The notes under the pieces were generated by a model. It did not search any database and was not told the DNA's origin. It saw nothing but the letters and a program-made list of their open reading frames with translations. The position numbers and the translations under genes are program-made. From Promethearchaeati archaeon (lineage in GTDB: Archaea; Asgardarchaeota; Heimdallarchaeia; JABLTI01), in assembly GCA_013166835.1 (NCBI GenBank), contig JABLTI010000086.1, forward strand, positions 1-11,663: a stretch of 11,663 nt of DNA, given 5' to 3'. Positions 1 through 8,377 of the stretch are shown here, piece after piece (position 1 is the first letter of the stretch; every line of letters begins with the position of its first letter).

Positions 1-156
1 GTAATCATGTTTGTATTAACTGCAGGATTCATCTTATCATTAATTGTTGGTTATTGGTTAACCCTAGTCTTAGAAGGTATATGTCTCATTTTACTTTTTA
101 TTATTTACAATGTAATGTTTCCAAGAAAACAAATGAAGGTTATTTCAAGTAACTGA
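1..156 (+). CDS. 3' end of an integral membrane protein (partial, runs off the left edge)
   Basis: Frame 1 is open from base 1 to TGA at 154-156: VIMFVLTAGFILSLIVGYWLTLVLEGICLILLFIIYNVMFPRKQMKVISSN*. It has two hydrophobic stretches and a basic tail, and is followed by a terminator-like structure. Not in the ORF track. Confidence 0.7.
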   Translation, partial: VIMFVLTAGFILSLIVGYWLTLVLEGICLILLFIIYNVMFPRKQMKVISSN

Positions 157-196
157 GCGTGAGTAATTTTACACGCTCAACTATTACTTTTTTTTT
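154..196 (+). terminator. Stem-loop plus T9 tract, probable terminator
   Basis: TGAGCGTG (154-161) is the exact reverse complement of CACGCTCA (172-179), with a 10-nt loop. Nine consecutive T at 188-196. Confidence 0.65.
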
Positions 197-236
197 ATCC
201 ATAAATTATTAAAGTAAATAAGCAAACAACACTAGA

Positions 237-1223
237 GTGTTTAATGCAATGATGAAAGCAATAATATATGAAAAATATGGCCCACCAGAAGTTCTTCAGC
301 TAAAAGAAGTAGAAAAACCAACACCAAAGGACAATGAGGTCCTGATAAGAATTTTTGCGACAACAGTAACGAAATACGACTGTTGGGTGAGAAGTAGTAC
401 AGCCCCTCCTGGGTTCCGGCTCATGAGTCGAATAGCTTCAGGTATCAGAAAACCAAAGAAACCTATAATTGGAATGGAGCTCGCTGGAGAAATTAAGACA
501 GTAGGGAAAGATGTAAAATTCTTCAAGAAAAGTGATCAGGTTTATGGAATCTCTTTGAATGATATGGGAACATATGCTGAGTACATATGTCTGCCTGAAG
601 ATGTAGTAGCAATAAAACCGACTAATATGACCTATGAAGAAGCTACCGCTGTTCCTTATGGGGCATTGACAGCATTGTATTTCCTAAGAAAAGGAAATAT
701 CCAGAGTGGTCAAAAAGTACTAGTTTTTGGTGCTTCTGGAGGGATAGGCACTTATGCAGTTCAGCTTGCCAAGTACTTCGGAGCAGAAGTTACCGGTGTC
801 TGCAGTACCACGAAAATAGAATTAGTAAAATCTTTGGGTGCTGATAGGGTAATTGATTACACTAAAGAGGATTTTACCAAACGTGATGAAATCTATGATG
901 TTATTTTTGACACCATAGGCAAGAGTCCGTTTTCAGGTAGTAAAAGATCGTTAAAGAAAGAAGGATTCTATATTTTTACAACTTTTGGACTACCAAGACT
1001 TTTACGAATACTATGGCTTAAACTGACAAGCAGCAAGAAAGCGATACTCGGGGCTGTTGACTCAAAGAGTGAGGATTTAATTTACCTCAAAGAGCTAATC
1101 GAAGCAGGAAAGCTAAAATCAGTTATAGATAAACGCTACCCATTGGAACAGATTGCTGAGGCTCACAGTTATGTCGAATCAGGAAACAAAAAGGGACAAA
1201 TAGTTATAACTATTAGACCATAA
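237..1223 (+). CDS. Zinc-independent medium-chain dehydrogenase/reductase (NAD(P)-dependent alcohol dehydrogenase / quinone-oxidoreductase-like), copy 1
   Basis: [15 protein letters not shown] start, GxExAG (GMELAG), Rossmann [32 protein letters not shown]. No catalytic Zn Cys and no structural-Zn 4-Cys lobe. Real start is probably ATG 249 or 252 rather than GTG 237. Confidence 0.93.
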   Translation: MFNAMMKAIIYEKYGPPEVLQLKEVEKPTPKDNEVLIRIFATTVTKYDCWVRSSTAPPGFRLMSRIASGIRKPKKPIIGMELAGEIKTVGKDVKFFKKSDQVYGISLNDMGTYAEYICLPEDVVAIKPTNMTYEEATAVPYGALTALYFLRKGNIQSGQKVLVFGASGGIGTYAVQLAKYFGAEVTGVCSTTKIELVKSLGADRVIDYTKEDFTKRDEIYDVIFDTIGKSPFSGSKRSLKKEGFYIFTTFGLPRLLRILWLKLTSSKKAILGAVDSKSEDLIYLKELIEAGKLKSVIDKRYPLEQIAEAHSYVESGNKKGQIVITIRP

Positions 1224-1240
1224 TAACAAAACCTAAGATT

Positions 1241-2197
1241 GTGAAAGAAATGGAAAACAATGAAAAAATGAATGCAATTGTATATGAAAAATACGGTCCA
1301 CCTGAAGTTCTTCAACTTAAAGAAGTAGAAAAGCCAACTCCCAAGGACAATGAAGTATTAATTAAAGTTCATGCGACAACAGTACATAGAGGAGATGTGA
1401 GAATGCGAAAATTCGATGTTCCTCGCATGCAATGGCTCTTCGCGCGAATGTATTTAGGTTTTAGAAAACCAAAGCGAGCTATACTTGGGATGGAAATAGC
1501 TGGAGAAATTGAAGCAGTTGGAAAAGATGTAACACTGTTCAAGAAAGGAGACCAAGTATTTGCTTCTACCTTTTCAGCGGATTTTGGTGGTTATGCTGAG
1601 TACAAATGTATGCCTGAAGATGGTATTCTGTTACCAAAACCAACTAATATGACTTATGAAGAGGCTGCTGCTGGTGTAGTTTCTGGAGGAGTTACTGCAT
1701 TGTTTGTTCTTAGAAAAGCAAACATCCAGAAAGGACAAAAGGTTTTGATCTATGGAGCTTCTGGAAGTGTAGGAACATTTGCTGTACAACTTGCCAAATC
1801 ATTTGGTGCAGAGGTCACTGGGGTTTGCAGTACAACAAATGTAAAAATGGTAAAATCTCTTGGAGCTGATAAGGTCATTGATTACAAAAAAGAAGATTTT
1901 ACAAAAAGCGAAGAGACATATGATGTTATCTTTGATGCTGTAAGCAAGACTTCTTCTTCACAATGTAAAAAATCACTGAAAAAGACAGGAATTTACCTTG
2001 ATGTTGACAAGGATTCTGGTGGCAAAGAAAAGATTGAAAATTTAATTTTTCTCAAAGAACTTATCGAAGCAGGTAAGCTCAAAACAATCATAGATAAACG
2101 CTATCCAATGGAACAGATTGTCGAAGCTCATAGGTATGTTGAAGCTGGTCATAAAAAGGGAAATGTAGTAATAACTGTAGTAAATAAAAAGAAATAA
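1241..2197 (+). CDS. Zinc-independent MDR family oxidoreductase, copy 2
   Basis: [52 protein letters not shown]. Start could be 1241 (GTG), 1250 or 1268 (ATG); 1268 aligns with the paralogs. Confidence 0.93.
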   Translation: MKEMENNEKMNAIVYEKYGPPEVLQLKEVEKPTPKDNEVLIKVHATTVHRGDVRMRKFDVPRMQWLFARMYLGFRKPKRAILGMEIAGEIEAVGKDVTLFKKGDQVFASTFSADFGGYAEYKCMPEDGILLPKPTNMTYEEAAAGVVSGGVTALFVLRKANIQKGQKVLIYGASGSVGTFAVQLAKSFGAEVTGVCSTTNVKMVKSLGADKVIDYKKEDFTKSEETYDVIFDAVSKTSSSQCKKSLKKTGIYLDVDKDSGGKEKIENLIFLKELIEAGKLKTIIDKRYPMEQIVEAHRYVEAGHKKGNVVITVVNKKK

Positions 2198-2212
2198 CAA
2201 AATTGAGGATTA

Positions 2213-3181
2213 ATGATGAAAGCAATTGTATATGAAAAATATGGTTCACCCGATATTGTTCTTAAATTAAAAGAGGTAGAACAACCTATTCCTAAGGACA
2301 ATGAAGTTCTGATAAAAGTACATGCTACTGCAATAAATTTTGCTGATAGTGGTTTAGTTAGAGGTAAGCCGTACTTAGGTCGCTTATGGCAAGGATTATT
2401 CAAACCGAAAAAACCAATCCTCGGATCTGAAGTAGCAGGGCGAGTTGAAGCGGTTGGCGAAAACGTAAAACGATTCCAAACAGATGATGAGGTATTCTGT
2501 GATATAGGTGATATTGGTTTTGGCGGTTTTGCTGAGTATGTGTCTGTTCCTGAAAATGTTGTTGTGTTAAAACCAACTAATTTAACATTTGAGGAAGCAG
2601 CTGTCGTACCTGTATCGTCTGTAGTTGCCTTGGAGGGGCTTCGTGATCATGGTCAGATTCAGTCAAGGCAAAAGATTTTGATTAATGGTGCATCAGGCGG
2701 CATAGGAACTTTTGCTGTGCAAATTGCCAAAACTTTTGGGGCTGAAGTAACTGGTGTTTGCAGTACGAAGAAATTGGACTTAGTACGTTCGATTGGTGCA
2801 GATCATGTCATTGATTACACCAAAGAAAATTTCACCAAAAGTGATCTACGTTATGATTTGATTTTTGATATTGCAGTAACTCACTCAATTTCAGATTATA
2901 AACGTGCATTGAATCCCAAGGGAGCTTACATTGCATGCGGATATAACCCAACCTCTCTATTCCTAGGTCCTTTGATTTCAATATTTGGAAGAAAAAAGGT
3001 GAAATCATACATGGCAAAAATAAATACTAAGGATCTGACTTATATGAAAGAGCTTATTGAATCTGGTAAAGTCAAACCTGTTATAGATAGGCGTTACCCA
3101 TTAAGTAAGGTTCCTGAAGCTATCCGATATTATGAAGAAAAACACTCTCAAGGAAAAATTTCAATAACTGTGGTTAAATAA
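2213..3181 (+). CDS. Zinc-independent MDR family oxidoreductase, copy 3
   Basis: [16 protein letters not shown]-like [30 protein letters not shown] lies just upstream of the ATG. Confidence 0.93.
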   Translation: MMKAIVYEKYGSPDIVLKLKEVEQPIPKDNEVLIKVHATAINFADSGLVRGKPYLGRLWQGLFKPKKPILGSEVAGRVEAVGENVKRFQTDDEVFCDIGDIGFGGFAEYVSVPENVVVLKPTNLTFEEAAVVPVSSVVALEGLRDHGQIQSRQKILINGASGGIGTFAVQIAKTFGAEVTGVCSTKKLDLVRSIGADHVIDYTKENFTKSDLRYDLIFDIAVTHSISDYKRALNPKGAYIACGYNPTSLFLGPLISIFGRKKVKSYMAKINTKDLTYMKELIESGKVKPVIDRRYPLSKVPEAIRYYEEKHSQGKISITVVK

Positions 3182-3183
3182 CT

Positions 3184-4095
3184 ATGAAAGCAGTAATACA
3201 AACAAAAAAATCAGGTCCACCAGAAATTCTTCAGCTCAGAGAGATTGAAAAACCTGTTCCCAAGGATAATGAAGTACTTATTAGAATATACGCAGCATCA
3301 GTAACTAAAGGTGATGTCCTATTTCGAGACCTTTCTTTCATATTTAGACTCCTTTTCCCTATATTTGGATTTAAAATGAAAAAAATTCCTGGACATGAAT
3401 TAGCAGGGGAGGTGGAAGAAGTAGGTAAAGATGTAACACTGTTCAAGAAAGGCGATCAAGTTTTCGGAACTACTTCTGGATTGAGTACTGGTTCTTGTGC
3501 TGAATACATATGTCTATCCGAAAAACCAAAGAAAGGTGTGCTCGCACTTAAACCAATTAACATGTCTTTTGGTGAAGCTGCTACTGTTCCTATAGGGGGA
3601 TTAACTGCACTGGATATTATAAGCAAAGCAAATATCCAGAAAGGACAAAAAGTTTTGATTTATGGGGCTTCTGGAAGTGTTGGTACTTATGCTGTTCAGC
3701 TTGCCAAATACTTTGGTGCAGAAGTTACAGGGGTATGCAGTACCTCAAATTTGGAATTAGTGAAATCTTTAGGAGCTGATAAGGTAATAGATTATACTAA
3801 AGAAGATTTCACTGAAAAAGGTCAAGTTTATGATGTTGTCTTTGATGCTGTTCGTAAGCTATCAAAGTCACATGGAAAAGAAGCGTTAAAGAAAGAAGGG
3901 ATCTATCTCTCCGCTAGTGATTCAACACATGAAACAAATGAAAAGCTAATTTTCCTCAAAGAGCTTATTGAAGCTGGAAAACTAAAATCAGCTATAGATA
4001 GAAGTTATCCTTTAGAGGAAATCGTCGAAGCTCATCGTTATGTCGACAAAGGACATAAAAAGGGGAATGTAGTTCTAACTTTAGACCATCTTTAG
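3184..4095 (+). CDS. Zinc-independent MDR family oxidoreductase, copy 4
   Basis: [49 protein letters not shown]. Starts 2 nt after the copy 3 stop, consistent with translational coupling. Confidence 0.93.
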   Translation: MKAVIQTKKSGPPEILQLREIEKPVPKDNEVLIRIYAASVTKGDVLFRDLSFIFRLLFPIFGFKMKKIPGHELAGEVEEVGKDVTLFKKGDQVFGTTSGLSTGSCAEYICLSEKPKKGVLALKPINMSFGEAATVPIGGLTALDIISKANIQKGQKVLIYGASGSVGTYAVQLAKYFGAEVTGVCSTSNLELVKSLGADKVIDYTKEDFTEKGQVYDVVFDAVRKLSKSHGKEALKKEGIYLSASDSTHETNEKLIFLKELIEAGKLKSAIDRSYPLEEIVEAHRYVDKGHKKGNVVLTLDHL

Positions 4096-4128
4096 ATGAA
4101 AAATATACTAAAATACTTTGTAAACACT

Positions 4129-4133
4129 GGTGA
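4129..4133 (+). promoter_or_regulatory. Archaeal-type Shine-Dalgarno GGTGA
   Basis: GGTGA lies 7 nt upstream of ATG 4141. Confidence 0.5.
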
Positions 4134-4140
4134 CTTTTAT

Positions 4141-4575
4141 ATGAAAAAGAAATTGTTATGGAGATTTAGATTTATACATATGGTAAATACTTTCATGAAA
4201 ATTGGTGTAAATAGACTCAAAATTGGTGATTGGACTGTCCCGGAAATTACCCCAGAAAAATTAAATGAGCAAATAAATGCAAATCAATCTCCATTATTAC
4301 TTTATGTTCTCCGCATTTATGGAGAAGAGGGACTAATTCCAAAAGCTAAAACTATCCCTACAATGAAACTAGTATCTTATTTAGACCGTCTTGAACCATA
4401 TAAAGAAAAGAAAATAGTAACCGTTTGTGGAGGTGGGGGAATGTCTTTGGTTGCGGCTGATATTTTGATTCAAGCGGGTTTTAAAGATGTCAAAAGCTTA
4501 AATGGTGGCATGGAATTGTGGAAAAAACGTGGATTTCCCACATCCAAACCTTGGGAACAAGCTAAAATGAATTAA
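4141..4575 (+). CDS. Single-domain rhodanese-like protein with N-terminal extension, copy A
   Basis: EITPEKL, IPKA..IP, active-site loop IVTVCGGGGMS, AADILIQAGF, SLNGGMELW...GFP. The track start is 4096; I prefer ATG 4141 because of the upstream GGTGA. Confidence 0.85.
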   Translation: MKKKLLWRFRFIHMVNTFMKIGVNRLKIGDWTVPEITPEKLNEQINANQSPLLLYVLRIYGEEGLIPKAKTIPTMKLVSYLDRLEPYKEKKIVTVCGGGGMSLVAADILIQAGFKDVKSLNGGMELWKKRGFPTSKPWEQAKMN

Positions 4576-4578
4576 ATT

Positions 4579-5109
4579 TTAAAATGATGAATGGCATTCC
4601 TCTCGTATAGGGCATGTTGGACATTTTATTTTTATCATATAGATATAATTTCCAACAACTGCAAGTATGAAGCCTACCAATGCTATTATAGCTAGATAAT
4701 TGAAATTCCTAAAGAACGAAGTGATAATTAGAATTACAGGTAAAATCCATACTATGAACATTACCCAAGCCCAATGTTTTTAACCTACATGTTTATGTAA
4801 GAGCGTTTTACTCCACTTATCAATAGTCATCAATTTCAATGTAGGCTTTTCTTTCTCATCTTCTGTTGTGGTTTCTTTAGCTTTGAAATAGCAGTATCTG
4901 CACATTGTAAATGGCATAACCACGAAGTAAAACAAAACTGAATATATTACATAAGCCACAGCAGCCCATCTATGAAGATAAAATGATCCCCAAGTACTTA
5001 GAGCTATTATTACTAAAATAATGAATACAGGTAATGGTTTATAGAAGGGACACTTTGGATATATCCCCAAAAAATATATTTTGGACTTCTTTTCTTCTGT
5101 CATTTTCAT
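4579..5109 (-). pseudogene. 4-TM membrane protein with CxxC, HxH and CxxC-x5-CH motifs, interrupted by one in-frame TAA (4780-4782)
   Basis: Track ORFs 4780..5109 and 4579..4761 share a frame. The minus strand reads CAT GTA GGT TAA AAA CAT TGG GCT TGG GTA ATG TTC = HVG*KHWAWVMF. The joined product (176 codons) has four hydrophobic helices, CRYC after TM2 and CPTCPIREECH after TM4. Confidence 0.75.
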
Positions 5110-5266
5110 TCACAACCAGATTTGCCTAGCTAGTTATTTATTCTTAAAAAGTTATTCTCTCTAGAGTTGATGAAACCGTATTTTACATAGATAAGTAAAT
5201 ATAATTTTAAACTAGATATAGATGAAATTTGTTAGAGTTTAAATTGAAATCATTGGTGTTTTAGAA

Positions 5267-5719
5267 ATGGATGAATCTTATCGAAATAATCCTTCTGTAA
5301 TGAGTTATTATCTTAGAAGCGTGGTAAGATATTGGCAAATCATGTTTAAAATAATATTAAACAGATCTGTATGGTCTGAAATTACTGTTGATGACTTACT
5401 TGAACGCATAAATTCTAAAAAACCACCGTTAATACTTGACATTCGTACTATTCAGGAATTTAACGGAGTTGAGGGACATATTCCAAATGCTCAGTCAATC
5501 GCCCTTTCGAAAATAAAGTCTAATATAAAGGCTCTTGAAACATTTAAAGAAAAAGAAATTGTCACAGTTTGCCCGGGAGGAGGATTATCTTTGGCAGCTG
5601 TTGATATTTTGGTCAAAGCAGGTTTTAATGATGCTAAGAGCTTACTAGGGGGTATGGATTTGTGGTCCCAAAAAGAGTATCCCATCACTAAGTCTCAGAA
5701 TCAAGTTGAAAAAAAATAA
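5267..5719 (+). CDS. Single-domain rhodanese-like protein, copy B
   Basis: EITVDDL, LILDIRTIQEF, GHIPNA, IVTVCPGGGLS, LVKAGF, LLGGMDLW. Start is uncertain (5267, 5300 or 5342). Confidence 0.9.
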   Translation: MDESYRNNPSVMSYYLRSVVRYWQIMFKIILNRSVWSEITVDDLLERINSKKPPLILDIRTIQEFNGVEGHIPNAQSIALSKIKSNIKALETFKEKEIVTVCPGGGLSLAAVDILVKAGFNDAKSLLGGMDLWSQKEYPITKSQNQVEKK

Positions 5720-5773
5720 ATACTGTAAACTAGCTAATATAATCGAGATGAAGCATTCTTTGGAGGAAAAATT

Positions 5774-6250
5774 GTGAAAGAAGATGTTATGTCCAAAAAG
5801 AAATCGCTACTTATTGTGTTTTCATATCATCACAAGAATACAGAGAAAATCGCTAATGTAATAGCTGGCGTCCTTGAAGCACAAATAAAAACACCACAAC
5901 AAGTAAACCCTGAAGAACTTCAAGAGTATGATTTAATCGGTTTTGGCTCAGGAATCTATAGTGAAAATCTACACAAATCAATTCATGAACTTGTTGATAA
6001 AATACCACAAGTCATTAACAAGAAAGCAGTCATTTTCTCAACCAGTGCAATAGCAGAGAAAAACAGTAATCACAAGAAACTCAGGAAGAAATTGCAATCC
6101 AAAGGTTACGAGATTATTGATGAATTCAATTGTCGAGGTTTTAACACTAATAGCTTCATGAAATTTTTCGGGGGAATGAATAAGGGTAGACCAAATGATA
6201 AAGACCTTAAACATGCGGAAGAGTTTGCTCAAAATTTGCTAAAGAAGTGA
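5774..6250 (+). CDS. Flavodoxin family protein
   Basis: FMN phosphate loop SYHHKNTEKIA, YDLIGFGSGIY, IFSTS, F.CRGF, NKGRPNDKDL..A..FA. GGAGG at 5762-5766 is 7 nt before GTG 5774; alternative ATG at 5789. Confidence 0.9.
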   Translation: MKEDVMSKKKSLLIVFSYHHKNTEKIANVIAGVLEAQIKTPQQVNPEELQEYDLIGFGSGIYSENLHKSIHELVDKIPQVINKKAVIFSTSAIAEKNSNHKKLRKKLQSKGYEIIDEFNCRGFNTNSFMKFFGGMNKGRPNDKDLKHAEEFAQNLLKK

Positions 6251-6298
6251 ATATAAAGACTAATCCATATTCTTTTTATAAATTTCAAAACTGATCAA

Positions 6299-7234
6299 GT
6301 GAAAAAAATGAAAATTAAGGATATACTTTCAATTGTAGAAAATGACTATGTTGTTCCTGATGGCGCAGATCTTCAAAGCATTACCTCTGAATTGGAAGTT
6401 AATTTAGGATCACTCGAACTTGATGTTAGAGATAACAGCTTTGAAATTCTCTATACTTGGTGTGCTAAGGGTTTGTACAACGATTCAGAACTTATTGCAC
6501 TTGGAAATAGGATGGCTACAAATTTAATTGTAGGTCTTGGAGAATCTGAGACAAATAATGTATTATTACGATCATTTTCCGCTTTAACCTTTTGTGGAGT
6601 TATTAATGCTGATAGATTATTTTCAGAAGGAAAAATAGAAGGAAGAAAATCATTTTTAACATCTGATCAATTGAACAAATGGCTTGATCAAACAATTGAA
6701 TACTTTCTAGGTGAACAAGATTTCCGAGGATATATAGATGAAATTAGTTGGGCTCATTCGATTGCTCATTGTGGTGATCTCTTGAAACAATTCGCAAACA
6801 ACCAACACCTGAAGAAAGATGGGCACATTAAAATCCTAGAGGCTCTGGCAAAGAAGCTTATTCATCCAACCAACCAAATCTTTTCCACTAATGAAGATGG
6901 TCGACTAGGTAGGGTTGTTGCAGCAATTTGGAAGCGAAACTTACTTTCACTTGAAGATTATGAAAAATGGATAGAACAGATTGTTAACCCATTTTCAGAT
7001 ATTATATGGAACCTTTGGAAGATAGATCCCAGTACTTTTAACGTACGATTGAATGCTCGAGCAAATACTCGATTGTTTCTGCATACACTTCATTTTATGC
7101 TTCTTTTTGGAGCTAAGGGAATATTCAGCCCGAATGACCCGGATTTCAAGAACATATCACAATATAGAGATTTGGTAGCTCAAGCAATTAAGCAACTGGA
7201 TAGCAATGGTTTCTATTTTGAAGAAAAAGAATGA
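6299..7234 (+). CDS. DUF2785-like alpha-helical protein of unknown function
   Basis: The motifs LRSFSAL, EQDFRGYI...WAHSIAHCGDLL and NEDGRL match what I recall of DUF2785. Start is GTG 6299 or ATG 6308. Confidence 0.78.
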   Translation: MKKMKIKDILSIVENDYVVPDGADLQSITSELEVNLGSLELDVRDNSFEILYTWCAKGLYNDSELIALGNRMATNLIVGLGESETNNVLLRSFSALTFCGVINADRLFSEGKIEGRKSFLTSDQLNKWLDQTIEYFLGEQDFRGYIDEISWAHSIAHCGDLLKQFANNQHLKKDGHIKILEALAKKLIHPTNQIFSTNEDGRLGRVVAAIWKRNLLSLEDYEKWIEQIVNPFSDIIWNLWKIDPSTFNVRLNARANTRLFLHTLHFMLLFGAKGIFSPNDPDFKNISQYRDLVAQAIKQLDSNGFYFEEKE

Positions 7235-7270
7235 AAAGAAGAAATCTATTTTCTTTTTTAATTTCTTATA
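7235..7270. terminator. Possible shared terminator between convergent genes
   Basis: A 36-nt gap with an A-rich half (aaagaagaaa) and a T-rich half (ttttctttttt), giving T-rich runs on both strands and an imperfect stem. Confidence 0.35.
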
Positions 7271-8260
7271 TTATTCTTTTGGCCTAACTCTATCAAACCA
7301 CTCCCAATTTAATTCAAGATTTTCAGTAACATCGTTCAATCGAGAGATTTCATCTTTTGACATTTTCCATTGTGTAGCATGAATATTGCTTTCTATTTGG
7401 CTTCTTTTCTTAGCTCCAGGTATTGGGATTACCTCTTTTTCTTTTAATGTCCAATTAATGGCTACTTCTGCTGGAGAGACTTCGTGATTCTTTGCAATTT
7501 CCTTTAATGCTGCAAATAATTCTCGAGATCTCTCGAAATTCTCTTTATGTCTAAAGAGTTCATAACCATTGCGAAAATCTTTCTCAGGGAATGTTGAGTT
7601 TTCATCATATTTTGTTGTCAAAAATCCACTAGATAGAGGACAATAGGTTAAGGGAACAATTCCTTCTTTTTTGAGAAAGGGGAGAATTTCTTTTTCAATA
7701 TCTCTTACTATGAGATTATATTCTACTTCATTTAGTATTATCTCACCATTTTCTAAACAATCATTTGCTTCCTTTACTAGAGCGTTCTGATAATTTGAGA
7801 CACCTACATAACGTATCTTACCTTCAGCTAAAAGCTCATCCATTGCCTTCATTGTTTCAGAAATGGGAGAATAAGCCCAAGGCCAATGACATAAGTAGAC
7901 ATCAATGTAATCCGTTTGTAATTTCTTTAAACTGTTATTGGCTGCCTTTATGACATTTTTGTAACTTAGATGATGATGAGAAACTTTAGTAACAATAATT
8001 GCGTCTTCTCGATCTCCACGCTCTTTGAACACTTCTCCAATGTATTCCTCAGTTAACCCACCTGCATACTCCTCTGCAGTGTCTAATAGATTGATGCCAT
8101 TATCGAGAGCATAATTTAAACAATCGAAAATCTGTTTTTTGTCTTGTATTCCTTTGAATTTATGACCAAAAGCAAGTGTTCCTAAACCAATTCGTGAAAT
8201 TTTTAGATCTGTTTTTCCAAATTTTATTTTCTCCATATTCCATAACCCAATAAAATTCAT
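7271..8260 (-). CDS. Aldo/keto reductase
   Basis: ISRIGLGT, catalytic tetrad D/Y (DTAEEY), K (TKV) and H (HWP), SLKKLQTDYIDVY, GKIRYVGVSNY, PIPGAK. Likely start is ATG at 8236 (MEKIKFGKT). Confidence 0.95.
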   Translation of the reverse strand: MNFIGLWNMEKIKFGKTDLKISRIGLGTLAFGHKFKGIQDKKQIFDCLNYALDNGINLLDTAEEYAGGLTEEYIGEVFKERGDREDAIIVTKVSHHHLSYKNVIKAANNSLKKLQTDYIDVYLCHWPWAYSPISETMKAMDELLAEGKIRYVGVSNYQNALVKEANDCLENGEIILNEVEYNLIVRDIEKEILPFLKKEGIVPLTYCPLSSGFLTTKYDENSTFPEKDFRNGYELFRHKENFERSRELFAALKEIAKNHEVSPAEVAINWTLKEKEVIPIPGAKKRSQIESNIHATQWKMSKDEISRLNDVTENLELNWEWFDRVRPKE

Positions 8261-8377
8261 CTAAAAATTACTTCTTATTTTCGTTCTATTTAACTTTATT
8301 AGAACTCTTGGTTTATTTAAACCACTGAAACGATTTCGAATTTCTTCAAGAAGCATCTTTAATTGAAAGATTCGCTC

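Noticed and set aside
1221-3183. Integron cassette array (TAAC follows or overlaps the stops of MDR copies 1-3)
   Set aside because: Spacers of 2-17 nt are too short for attC sites, there are no paired R''/R' boxes, and no integrase is present. Decayed coding tails explain them better.
296-3446. Minus-strand ORFs 296..526, 2149..2403, 2832..3017 and 3231..3446
   Set aside because: Antisense shadows of the MDR genes. Their mutual similarity only mirrors the paralogy on the plus strand.
237-4095. Classical zinc alcohol dehydrogenases (adh)
   Set aside because: The catalytic Cys and the four-Cys structural zinc lobe are absent, so no gene symbol was assigned.
4780-4782. Selenocysteine, pyrrolysine or alternative genetic code at the internal stop
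   Set aside because: The codon is TAA, not TGA or TAG. TAA, TAG and TGA all act as normal stops at homology-consistent gene ends in this window.
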